A stretch of 64,000 nt of DNA from Podarcis gaigeae. Its lineage: Eukaryota. The stretch is taken from the NCBI GenBank assembly GCA_964106915.2, contig OZ066915.1; one strand, written 5' to 3'. The notes below the pieces were generated by a model. It was not told where the DNA came from, did no database searches, and worked only from the letters and a program-made list of their open reading frames with translations. Of the stretch, positions 13,258-24,772 are shown one piece after another (positions within the stretch are counted from its first letter, which is position 1; each line of letters starts with the position of its first letter). The position numbers and the translations under genes are program-made.

Positions 13258-13516
13258 CTGGCAGGAGACAAGAGCCATTAAGGGGGGATTAAAACATCGC
13301 ATTTAAAATATGTTTCTGGCACATGCCCCAGGCAAAGCTGGTTTTCTACTGTGACACCATCACAATTTCACCACTCTTTCTGTTTGGGGGCTTGCTTTGG
13401 CCTTCTCAAAATGCATTCAGCCTTATATCTTTTCCCCTTGCTACACAGTAAACAACTTTGGAAATACTGGTACAGAACTTCACTGATGTCCAAGCAGTAG
13501 CAAAAACTATAGGGGC

Positions 13517-13818
13517 CAGGGCCATCTTACCCATAGGCGCTAGGGGTGCGGGACACCTGGGCGCTGGGTTCTCAGGGGCACCAGCCGAGAGTCCAGGGCC
13601 CAAGAGTTGAGTCCGGGGAAGAGCCCGCCCGTTGGTTGGAGCGCAGTGGTGGGCTCTTCTGCTGCAGGCGGCTCTGCACCGCGGGGCCAACCGAGCCAGT
13701 AAGATGCTGAGGTGGCCGGCAGACTCCGCCCTCCTGTGCGCCTGGGACTGTGCAACTAGGGGGGGGGCGCCGGGTGGATCTTTGCACCCCGGTGCCACAT
13801 ATGCTTAAGACAGCCCTG
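13517..13818. mobile_element. GC-rich hAT-type MITE
   Basis: TIR CAGGGCCATCTTA / TAAGACAGCCCTG; imperfect TSD ataggggc/atggggca; reverse-complement homologue of 62719-63497. Confidence 0.75.
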
Positions 13819-14073
13819 ATGGGGCAACACTAGTATAATTGCAAAGTAAGCTTACCACTGCTCTGGAATAACGTCAAACATGACACTGACAAGCCTCCTT
13901 AATGGTGATGGTGTTGCCTTCATGCAAGATAAAATCAAAAGCCAACACTAGGCAACCCTGATTGGCTTTGGATCTCAACATCACATTGGTTTTAGCACTC
14001 ACATATATTCCGGAGTGCTTGAACGAGAACAGTTGAATAGCTTGCCAGGTCACGCCCTCTAGAGCTGCTAGGT

Positions 14074-14210
14074 TGGTGTTCCCCAAACTCGTGGCTCCAG
14101 CAGTTTTGGGGCTACAGTTCCCCTCATCCCTGACCACTCATCCTGCTAGCTGGGGATGGTGGCAGTTGTCGTCCAAAAACAGCTGGAGACCCAGGTTTGG
14201 GGGAACCCTG
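14074..14210. mobile_element. Palindromic hAT-type MITE (family of 8630-8765)
   Basis: 8-bp TSD TGCTAGGT; shared core catccctgaccact. Confidence 0.8.
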
Positions 14211-15309
14211 TGCTAGGTGGACACAGTTACTGCTCACAGGCAAATGCTCCAATGGGTAAAGACGGTTTGCTCAGACTCTCACTGAATTATAATGGGTAAA
14301 TGAGACACCTCACATTAGTCATGTTTTGCTGCAATTTTACACTACAATATTTCCTTCCATGAACACTGGTGCATATTTGCTGCATTCCCCGAAACCATAT
14401 GGTCAACAATGGCACAATTACCTGGACAGAAAGGAATTTGTGATTGCACCCCTCAAGCACAAACCTCATTTCTGATTCACCAGGTAAAATGTGGGGAAAG
14501 TGTATTAGCTGCCAAAACGCACAGCTGCATCCAAGCCCTTCTCAACCACCAAGCAACTCCACAAGACAAAGACAAATCACATCAGCATTACTTGAAACCT
14601 ATGTGTGGGCAGAAACCTTCTTGACGGGGAAGCCACTCCACCTCTCAGCCAGAAGTTTTGGGCAGCTGGCATGATGAACTATATATCAACATTAGTACAT
14701 CACAAGACAGTTTTGCCGTGGAATGAATGCACAGCACTGTTGTCAGTTGGCTCAAGGATAAGTTGATGTCTGCCAGGTTCGCCAGGTCCATTGTTTAGAC
14801 ACAGTAGCAGAGTGGCTTTTCATATGAAGGAGTCCTTCACATCTGACATGGGAATGGAGAATCAGAATCCTAAGATCTTGATATTTCTTTCTTCCAAAGC
14901 TTAAAAAGAAGCTAAAAGACCGTTCACAGCTAAATAGAATTGTACGGCCATTTTTAAGGTGAGAACACTGGGGCCAATTGCCCTGGGCATCAAACATTGG
15001 AGAGCCACATCAGCATTGGCATGAATGTATTGTTGCCAACTTCCCCCCACTCACCCAATCCTACTAACTTGAGCTTCGTAAACCTGATGAAGAAGATAGA
15101 GCAGCAGCAGCTCAACCCAATCATATTCAGACTTATCAGGGTGCCCTGCAAGTTCTCTGTGCCCTTCTCCTCATTGCTGGATTCTTACTGGCCAGCAGAT
15201 TCAGAAAAAAGGAAAGAACAGAATTAGACACCACTAGCACAGGGACATATTATAATTTATTATTGAGGCAAAGTCATGTTAGTCTGCTCCAGCAAAAACA
15301 GTATCAGTA

Positions 15310-15390
15310 TTCTGGCACCTTAACGACTTAATATACTATGGCATAAGATTTCATGAACTACGATGCACTTCATCAGATGCATGCAGTGTT
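15310..15390. mobile_element. Penelope-like terminal remnant
   Basis: ggcaccttaa...ggcataag...cacttcatcagatgcatg motif typical of reptile Penelope ends; similar remnant at about 52350-52797. Confidence 0.4.
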
Positions 15391-15407
15391 GGTATTGTGA
15401 GATGCAG

Positions 15408-16055
15408 TGTAATGGACTGGCTAGAAGCAAAGGAGTGGTAGGAGGCACCAGAGATGAGGCAGGTTACTGACGAAGCCAGGGGGTCTCCACCTCCTGTGAC
15501 CAGCTCCTCTCCCTCCTGGTCTCCCAGAGTCAGAAGAGGTATGAAGAGGGTGGAGCAAAAACAGATAAGCAGCAGTCTCAGATTGCTTGGGAAGGACCTG
15601 GGGGGGAGGGAGGAAACCCCCACGAGCTGAACAAAGGTTGGGACCATCAGTCTTCACAACTGCCTCATTTGGTCAAGAATCTACCGAGAAGAACTGTTGT
15701 GCTCACTAGGCCTGAACTGTTTTGTTTCTGTGAATAAAGAGAGTTAACTTCACTTACACTGAAGAAGAAGAAGAGTTTGGATTTGATATCCCGCTTTATC
15801 ACTACCCAAAGGAGTCTCAAAGCGGCTAACATGCTCCTTTCCCTTCCTCCCCCACAACAAACACTCTGAGGTGAGTGAGGCTGAGAGACTTCAAAGAAGT
15901 GTGACTAGTCCAAGGTCACCCAGCAGCTGCGTGTGGAGGAGCAGAGACGCGAACCTGGTTCACTAGATTACGAGTCTACCGCTCTTAACCATTACACCAC
16001 ACTGGCTCTCGCTGTGTGAGTTATTGCTGACTTGTTTCTGACAACCACCCTGACA
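15408..16055 (+). mobile_element. Solo LTR containing a nested Squam3 SINE
   Basis: TGTAA...CTGACA termini, near-perfect 5-bp TSD TGCAG/TACAG, AATAAA near 15733. Confidence 0.65.
15761..16010 (-). mobile_element. Squam3 SINE
   Basis: tRNA-like head (gccagtgtggtgtaatggttaagagc) on the minus strand; (CTT)n tail. Confidence 0.85.
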
Positions 16056-16922
16056 TACAGGTATAAATGAAACACGTTTGGGGTAGGCGGGGGGGGAAGC
16101 ATTATAAACAATAATGTCAGGGGGAAATGAAATGCAGAAAGTCCAGACACGGATATAATTACGTAATTAACAGGGGCAATTCACAAGACAGTTGTTGGTA
16201 ACACAGACATCCTAGCACTTGATAAACCAATTAACAGGTAGCACAATAAAAATCCATAGTCCTACATCAACCTCAAGTGATGGCCATGGACCTCTTGATG
16301 AATTGCAAACCAGCAGTTTCATGCTGCAGCCTCCTTTGCAAGGCTCCTTTGTTCCAATTTGGCCACTCATGAGTACATTTTAAATGAATCTAATATAATT
16401 TTTGTCTTTGCATTTAGGGACCTAAAAAATAATCAAAAATTGCTTCTGATGTCAAATATAGATTTGTTTGCTTGTTTACTTTAGAAAATATATATGCATA
16501 TCCAGTCCTTTGCCAGGTGAAGGGGTGAAATTGATGGTGTAGCAAAAAGGAAGGAGCGAGGGTCTCAAATGAAAATTCTGCCTATGGGCCTCTTAATAGT
16601 ATTTTTAAGGAGTCTGAAATTGCTGCACAGGGTGGCATTAAGTGAGAGCATTCCCTGGATGCAACACAGCCTCTTTCCTAATATGAAGCAGCACTTTGGC
16701 AAATGTTATTAAAGGCAGCTATAATATTTGTAGATCTAATATGCAGGCTATTGAGATGGAGTTCTAACCATTTTATTTTTTGCAAGTGACAAGACGGAAA
16801 GGGGCAATGGGAGGGGGGAATAGAATCACCTCCTGGAAGAAAAATCTGATTTTATTTTTTTAAAAAAAAACACACCAAAACAAACAAAATCTATCATTTC
16901 TTTTCTCCCCCTCAGCCGGAGG

Positions 16923-16937
16923 AGGATGACTCATCCT
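16923..16937. promoter_or_regulatory. AP-1 site within a 15-bp palindrome
   Basis: AGGATGACTCATCCT contains TGACTCA and lies in repeat-free sequence. Confidence 0.4.
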
Positions 16938-17237
16938 GCAAAATGGCATTAGAGCTCCATCCCACGCAGCCCTACATGAAGTCAGCTGAGAGGCAGCAGA
17001 GAAATCAGAAATCAGCGACTTGATTTCCTTGAAACACTAAAGGGTCGTTGTTTTTTTAAAAAAAGGAAATAAATGAAAAACTACTACATTTGTGTGTTGC
17101 TGTTTTTTAAAAAACACACCCTTCAAGCAGAAAGAATAGGGCAACATCAAAGCAACAAATTATTAATATTCCCTACCAGAACAACTGTTTGTTAAAGGTG
17201 AACGGAGCCCTGTACCTTCTATTGAATAGGAAGAATA

Positions 17238-17894
17238 CAGTGGTACCTTGGTTTGCAACCGTTTTGGATTACAACCACATCAAACCCAGAAGTGCGCGTC
17301 CCTTTTTTTTGGATTATTGTTGTTGTTTAGTCATTTAGTCGTGTCTGACTCTTCATGACCTCATGGAGCAGAGCACGCCAGGCACTCCTGTCTTCCACTG
17401 CCTCCCGCAGTTTGGTCAAACTCATGCTGGTAGCTTCGAGAACACTGGTAGCTTCGAGAACACTGTCCAACCATCTCGTCCTCTGTCATCCCCTTCTCCT
17501 TGTGCCCTCCATCTTCCCCAGCATCAGGGTCTTTTCCAGGGAGTCTTCTCGTCTCATGAGGTGGCCAAAGTATTGGAGCCTCAGCTTCACAATCTGTCCT
17601 TCCAGTGAGCACTCAGGGCTGATTTCCTTCAGAATGGATAGGTTTGATCTTCTTGTAGTCCATGGGACTCTCAAGAGTCTCCTCCAGCACCATAATTCAA
17701 AAGCATCGATTCTTCAGCGATCAGCCTTCTTTATGGTCCAGCTCTCACTTCCAACTAATTTTTTTTTTATGACAACCCCTCCCCACTTTTTTTGGGGAGG
17801 CCCCATTGGCGAAAGTGTGCCTTGGGTTATAACCTGTTTTGGTTTACAACCGGACCTCCAGAACAGATTATGGTTTTAAACAAAGGTACCACTG
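17238..17894. mobile_element. Tc1/mariner MITE (subfamily of 41595-41815) interrupted by BovB
   Basis: TA|CAGTGGTACCTT...AAGGTACCACTG|TA; the two flanks match the uninterrupted copy at 41595-41815. Confidence 0.8.
17316..17753 (-). mobile_element. BovB (RTE clade) LINE 3' fragment
   Basis: Encodes RVPWTTRRSNLSILKEISPECSLEGQIVKLRLQYFGHLMRREDSLEKTLMLGK (BovB RT C-terminus); (CAA)n tail; internal ~20-nt tandem duplication. Confidence 0.9.
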
Positions 17895-18655
17895 TATAGG
17901 CGAGACAGGATGATGAGCCAATTCCTTCCTGGGTGGCACCACTGTGTACTCTAGATGACACTAGTAAAATCAATAGCATTAACATAGAGTTACACTCTTG
18001 ACAGAGCCCGGTCTTAGTAATGGAATAAATTTGCACAAAATGATCATGTAGTAGGAGGCTTTAAAACTTTAATAGGAACTGCACGCCAGGGAACAATATA
18101 ACTTAGCATATGTGAGCAATAGTCTTAAATATTAGTAGAGCAATGTGCCTACAAAGCTAGAGGTGCCTTTCATGCCTGCACATGGTGCTTTTAAAAACCC
18201 AGTTCTATCGCCTGAAATGTTTTACCATTATGAAAGGGGGGGGGGGAGAATGAAGAGTGGCACCATGTTTGGATTTAAAAATAAATAAATCGGAAAGCAA
18301 AGCAGAGTGCAAATTCCCATCTGCTGCTATCAAGACACAACAGCGGGGTCCCCAAACAGCAGGGAAGAACGTAACCCAGCTAGCTAGCCAGCGGAGCGAG
18401 ACTCCACAGGCAGGTCTCAAATATAATCAGTTTGCATCATTTAAAACTCAAGGGTAAAATTTTAGGCAGGTTTTCAGGCAGGTAATTTAAATAAACGAAA
18501 AGCCTTCAAAAGCAAAGATTGCTTTCTTATAGCACTCAGGCACAATGGTGTTGCATCCTCCTCGCTTGCCCCTCAATGGGTTAACCTCCGTTACAATCTG
18601 CTCTGTATTTCCAGCATTGTGCTGCCTTTTTCTCTCTTATCCTCTTTTCTCCCTC

Positions 18656-18917
18656 TATTTATTCATACACTGCCCATCTGGCTGGGTTTCCCCAGCCACT
18701 GTGGGCGGCTTCCAACCAAATGTTAAAAACAATACAGGGTCAGACATTAAAAACTTCCCTAAACAGGACCGCCTTCAGTTGTCTTTCAACAGTAAAATAG
18801 TTGCTTATTGCCTTGACATCTGCTGGGAGGGCATTCCACAGAGCAGACGCCACTACCGAGAAGGCCCTCTGCCTGGTTCCCTGTAACCTCACTTCTCACA
18901 GCGAGGGAACCGCCAGA
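18656..18917 (-). mobile_element. L2 LINE 3' fragment
   Basis: gcccatctggctgggtttccccagccact... matches the other L2 3' ends in the window. Confidence 0.8.
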
Positions 18918-19264
18918 GACAAGCCTCTCTAAGCCTTCATCACCTCTTGTCAGCTCTGAGTTGGAGATGGGTGGCAGGGACTTGTTCGTGTCCCTGCACC
19001 TGCCAGATGGCTAGAGGTCTGGCTACTAAGGCAGGCACAGAGACAGAGAAAGCAGCTTTGGAAAACAGTTCCCAGTTCTTCACCTCACTTTGGGAAAATG
19101 GTGTCCAACATTCCAATGGCATTGTATATTTCGTTGCCATAAGCTGCCTTGTGTACAGCAACATTGAAAGGCGGTCTACAAATTAAAAGCTAAATGAACT
19201 CCTACTTCTGTGTTGGGAATTCACGTACGAACGTGAATCACAAAGCACTACTTGCTTGCAAGTA

Positions 19265-19480
19265 CAGTGGTACTTCGGGTTAAGAACTTAATTCGTTCTG
19301 GAGGTCCGTTCTTAGCCTGAAACTGTTCTTAACCTGAGGTGCCACTTTAGCTAATGGGGCCTCCCGCTGCCGCCATGCCGCCGCACAATTTCTTTTCTTA
19401 TCCTGAAGCAAAGTTCTTAACCCGAGGTACTGTTTCTGGGTTGGCAGAGTCTGTAACCTGAAGCGTCTGTAACCTGAGGT
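19265..19480. mobile_element. Tc1/mariner MITE, right TIR truncated
   Basis: Same family as 28257-28498; ends at aacctgaggt, followed by a 17-bp tandem duplication (aatttacttgggagatg x2). Confidence 0.85.
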
Positions 19481-20792
19481 TTTTAATTTACTTGGGAGAT
19501 GCAATTTACTTGGGAGATGTTCACTTATAAAGCTCCACACTCCTACAGGAAAAGTCTCTATGACAAGACAGTGAAATGTGCACACACAAACAAACAAACA
19601 AAATAAATATAAATAAAGGCAAACATCAAGCCAATTACATATTGTTGTAAATATAGGGTTATGCTTTACCAACTTTAAAAGACAAATCCACAGCTTGCGC
19701 TATTACGCGTTTGGTCTTTGAAGGAAGAGCTGAGCCTCACTCAGCTTCTTACCGTGCCTAGAAGGCCATGCATATTGTGTTATCACATAGTAACACCTGA
19801 CTCAGAGAATAAATTCATTCTTTCGCTCTGGCAGCGGCAGGAGGGAGGGAATCACAGCTTCAAGTATGACAGCAAGAACTCTTGACAGAGAGGCAGATGG
19901 TGATGAATATATTTGAGTTTTAACACTTACTACTGAACGAAGTCCCTTAAAAGGAAATCGTACATTCAAAACAGTTCTTTAGAGAAAAGTGGGGAACTGA
20001 AAAAAATCAACATCACACCATCGTTTCAATGCGGGACCGTCACCTCTTCCTCATAGGTGCTATCCTGAACTGCATCACACACACACACTGACATATGCAG
20101 TTGTGCACTTTTAGCTGTTGCCCTACAAGACAAAGCCACAATGACACTTGGGAGGAAAGCTACCAATTCAGGTTCTGAGGACTGAATTAACAACGTCGGA
20201 CATCCTCACTGGAGCTGCCACTGAAAACTACTCTGTATGTACTAAGTTCCAGGCCCAGCAGCACAGAGGATGACCACGTGGTTGAGGCCAGCATGCCCTA
20301 CACTCTGCAAGAATTGGCTGACACCATGCCACTGTAAAAATAAATAAATGGATCCCAATTGCATCCCCAGTGAGTGGCAAGCTAAAAGCCAACCCAAACA
20401 TAACTCGTTGCATGCCAGACACAGTCATATAAACCAATCAGCACACACTGCTTTGGCTGTAGGTCAGCCTTGGCCAATGGAACCTTCCAATGGAAACCAA
20501 CACGAGGTTTTATTGGGGGCAGAGTAAACTGCCAGGACTGCAGCAAACCAACCCCTTTTTGCACCAATTCTACTGGGTTTTTCAGCCTCCAACTGGCTGC
20601 CAGCTGCAGAGACAAATCAGTGCCAAGGAGCTCCTCCTTCCACCTTCCTAACATGAAGGCGCAGGTGCCTCCAGCAGGATTTCTGCCACCAGCCTACCAG
20701 GGCAGGAAGGGATAGGGCTAAGCTGAACCAGGATCTATGAAATCTCAAGCCAGCCCTGCTGCTGTCTGAGCACAGCTATCTGCTTCCCACTA

Positions 20793-21035
20793 GAAGAGTT
20801 TGGATTTTATATCCCACTTTATCACTACCCGAAGGAGTCTCAAAGCAGCTAACATTCTCCTTTCCCTTCCTCCGCCACAACAAACACTCTGTGAGGTGAG
20901 TGGGGCTGAGAGACTTCAGAGAAGTGTGACTGGCCCAAGGTCACCCAGCAGCTGCATGTGGAGGAGCGGAGACGCGAACCCGGTTCACCAGATTACGAGA
21001 CTACCGCTCTTAACCACTACACCACACTGGCTCTC
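20793..21035 (-). mobile_element. Squam3 SINE
   Basis: Near-identical to the other two copies. Confidence 0.85.
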
Positions 21036-22429
21036 CCACACTGACTACCACTTTCTACCTTCTACCCTTGCCGCCAAGTGAGCAGGATAGCTGGTGCAGG
21101 AGTAGTTCTGTCATTCTGTAAACTGCACTAGGGAGGGAGACAGGATTGCAGCCTGAGCCCTTAACCATAGATTTTAAGGCACCGTAGAAGAAGCCTTCAC
21201 ATTTAGAAACGGAAAAAAGTTCAGAGATTTTGATCAAAACATAAAATCTGGTGTGTGGGTGGAAAAATTAGAAAAGGGGGGTCTTACCCAAAGAAGACAC
21301 TTTAGCAGGAAGAAACATGGGATGTAGAAGTTCACACCAACAACTCAATGTGCCAGGGTACAGCAACATGCGCATGACAAAACTGAGTGATGAGTTTGGG
21401 TGGCAGCATGGCATGTGCAATGGGAGTTTCATGAATTTGAGGGACGGCAATCGACAAGGGATTTTTTCCCCCTCCTGTGCTTTGGGAAGGCATTGAGTGG
21501 CACAGCACCTGCTTTCACAAAAGGGCTGCAGCAGGGAGACTTTTTACTCAGATGCATGCACACATATATGCGCATGAGCACACAAGAAAGAGGAGAAAGC
21601 ATTCTCAACCCTGACTCAACGCAAGGCATTTGGGCATCTCTGAAATAAGCTGATATTTCAATGAATAGTGGGAAATGAGCCATTGTCATTTCCCATCCAC
21701 ATGCAAAATCGGCAGCGCCAGCTTGATTAGCGATTGGTGACATTTATGGATCATTAATCTCTAATCAGTAGCTGAAAGTAGTCTGGCTACACATGACAGC
21801 TGCAGAGGCTGGAAGGAGCCAGGATATGCTTCCAATCCTGAGATTGTCAGCCAGGCACATCCAGGTTTTAAGACTTCAGCCTGGGGTACAATATAAGGAT
21901 GTGCTAGAAACTTAGGGTGGTAAAGTGCGCTCTACCACTTCAGGTCACAGGAGGGAAGTGTGCACATGAAGGTTAGCAGAGCTAGGTGGGCACCTCAGGT
22001 GGCAGATCCCAGAGAGCATCAGTGAGGAGACCATGAGCTGCCCTGCATCATATAAAGTAGCCTGCTGTCCTCACGTATGGTGGAAGTTATGGCCCCATTG
22101 CCCATATGATGCATTCTTCTGAATGGATGGAGTGCCACCTTGTTAGAAGCAGTAATATTTTCCAGCATGGGATGCAGATCCTTGAGGATACACCAGAGAA
22201 GTTTAGTCTGGAAACTGGAAGAAGGAAAAGGTGGCCTTCTTCAGAGTAGCACAATTTTTTAATTACAGTAAATTCATGGCCTACTGTAACAATGAGGACA
22301 AATGTCTTCACCAACAGGAGAAGAGTTGGTGATTTTATCCATGTCTACAACTCAACCTGGTTTGCAATATTTTCAGCTATTTGATTTTCATACCAATTAG
22401 CCCTTTCTGCATTGTTCTCTAGGGTTATA

Positions 22430-22670
22430 TAGCATATACTCAAGTTACAAACACCTCAGGTTACAAACGCTTTAGTTTACAAACTCCACTAACCCAGAAG
22501 AGTTACCTGGAGTTGAGAACTTTGCCCCAGGATGAGAACAGTAACCGTGTGCCGTCGGCGCAGCAGCAGCAAGAGGCCCCATTAGCGAAAGCACGCCTCT
22601 AGTTAAGAACAGTTTCAGGTTAAGAACAGACCTCCAGAACGAATTAGGTTCACAACTAGAGGTACCACTA
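22430..22670. mobile_element. Diverged Tc1/mariner MITE, reverse orientation
   Basis: Shared internal motifs and ggtaccact end. Confidence 0.7.
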
Positions 22671-23676
22671 TAAAGGCAAATAGGACATATTTATACTATA
22701 CAGCCCTAGCGAACAATGCACAAAGGAGAGTGATCTTCACAGGTAGTTCACAGCCCGTTCCAAAATGACAAATAAACATCATAGGAGATGCAAAGTTTCC
22801 ATCACTCACAGCTACTGCTCTTAAGAATGGGAATAACTCCAACAGGAAATGAAGAGTGTACTTCATTTGAACTTGACAAAACTACCAAAAGGTCAAGCTT
22901 TATATGATACGTATCTGTCTGCTATTCTTTCCTTTGTCTAAAACTGGGGAAGAAAATGATTCCACTCATCGGAAGCAGAACCAAATTTGTACAGCGTAAA
23001 GTATTTGAATAATTCAAGTATCTTGAAGCCAGCTAGAAAAGTTGCATCTCAATACTTAGTTTGATTTCTATGACCTGAGCCCAACTGCATGGAACTATTT
23101 TTATTGATCCCATTTCCTGCCAGCCCCCTGGGATGCTTTTTCCTGGAGTGCCATTTCAAGGATGTAATTGCTTCTTGCTTCTAGCTTATAGATTCCAGTG
23201 AAAATAACCAAAGCACAATGAATCATGTGAAAGCATGAAGGCTTTAAAAAACATCCAGAGTAGATTTTTTTGTTGTTGATTCAGGTTACCTGAAACATGA
23301 AATAAAACTAAGGTCAACTATGCTGAGTGTTTCTTTCTCCCTCTACTTCAGAAAAGCTTTTTGGGGCGCGTAGAAACAAACAAATGTGAAAATCAGAACT
23401 TGCTGAGCTCTCTCTTTCTCTCCCCCTCTGCTCTCTGTCTGCAGGAGATGAATCACTTCTAGACAGACACAAAGGCCGGACAAGAAAGTTACAAAGGCCT
23501 GGACCAGATTGTGTCCTAGGCTCAGTTTCCAGTTGAAAATGGAGGGAAGAGCAGGAATAAGCCTTGGCTTGTGACATAGGAGAGCACCAGCAGAAGGACT
23601 CAGGGAAGCGCTAGCCATAAAAAAGCAGTTGCAAATGATCTACTAGTGAGAGACATGTGACACAGCAAATGTCTTA

Positions 23677-24006
23677 AAGGTAAAGGGACCCCTGACCATT
23701 AGGTCCAGTCATGGCTGACTCTGGGGATGTGGTGCTTATCTCACTTTATTGGCCGAGGGAGTCGGTGTACAGCTTCCGGGTCATGTGGCCAGCATGACTA
23801 AGCAGCGCACGGAAACGCCGTTTACCTTCCCGCCGGAGCAGTACCTATTTATCTACTTGCACTTTGACGTGCTTTCGAACTGCTAGGTTGGCAGGAACAG
23901 GGACCGAGCAACAGGAGCTCACCCCGTCGCGGGGATTCGAACCGCCAACCTTCTGATCAGCAAGTTCTAGGCTCTGTGGTTTAACCCACAGCGCCACCTG
24001 CGTCCC
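23677..24006 (-). mobile_element. Sauria SINE
   Basis: Near full length with a small internal deletion; 13-bp TSD AGCAAATGTCTTA (23664-23676 and 24007-24019). Confidence 0.92.
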
Positions 24007-24164
24007 AGCAAATGTCTTAGAGGAGGTGAAAACTGGTAGAGTAATGGAGGTACATTCCGAAGATCTCCACAAGTCAAGGAAGCCAGCCTGCAGAAATCAC
24101 AGGATCTCCTGCATTATTGTAGCTCAACCACTGCAGCAAGTGGAGTGCAAACTATGCATTCAGG

Positions 24165-24772
24165 GCATAGCTGTCAACTTACAGATTTGAAAATAAGGGA
24201 CCAGCAGCCTTGAAAATAAGGGACCAGCAGCCAAAATAAGGGACCTGCAGCCTCACCTGTTCCAGGCACTCCAGTCTTCCTGTTCTCCTGCAGTCTGGTC
24301 AAACTCATGCTGGTAGCTTCGAGAACACTGTCCAACCAACTTTGTAACCAGAGGTTCAACTGAATAGAATCTGAATCACATGCACCACAAAGCCTATGCA
24401 GCCTCAACTTAAGATGGCTCCCCGGCCTGGCTTTGCACTGCAAAGTTTGCAGCAGCACGTGCAACAAAATGGCATCCAGCATTCAAAAAACCCTTCAGCT
24501 CGCATTAACTAGCCACACACAAGGCATGCAAGCTCCACCCCCCAGTCGTTCTTAGACTTCTTATTGGGTGAGCAACACAGCCAAGCAACACAGTTGGAGC
24601 CTCCCTCCTCCCTGGACAGCAGTGAAGGAGGGAGAGGAGCTGCTTCCTTTGAAATTTAAGGGACATCATTTAAGGGACATTTAAGGGACATCTATCAATA
24701 AGGGACAGCAGCAGGACATGGCGCTGGAATAAGGGACTGTCCCTTCAAATAAGGGACACTTGACAATCCCTG
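24165..24772. mobile_element. hAT (Tip100-like) non-autonomous element with AATAAGGGAC subterminal repeats and an embedded BovB fragment
   Basis: Starts catagctgtcaact; repeated aataagggac near both ends; 24262-24338 matches BovB 17378-17472. Confidence 0.5.

Noticed and set aside
13517-13818. CpG-island promoter (also 38500-38872)
   Set aside because: The GC-rich patches are bounded by TIRs and TSDs and are MITEs.
17355-17879. 174-aa plus-strand ORF
   Set aside because: Antisense reading of a BovB fragment.
23408-23450. Plus-strand acceptor (ctctctgtctgcAG|GAGATG) suggesting an antisense gene
   Set aside because: No convincing donor or partner exons; the pyrimidine tract is a TC-rich simple repeat.
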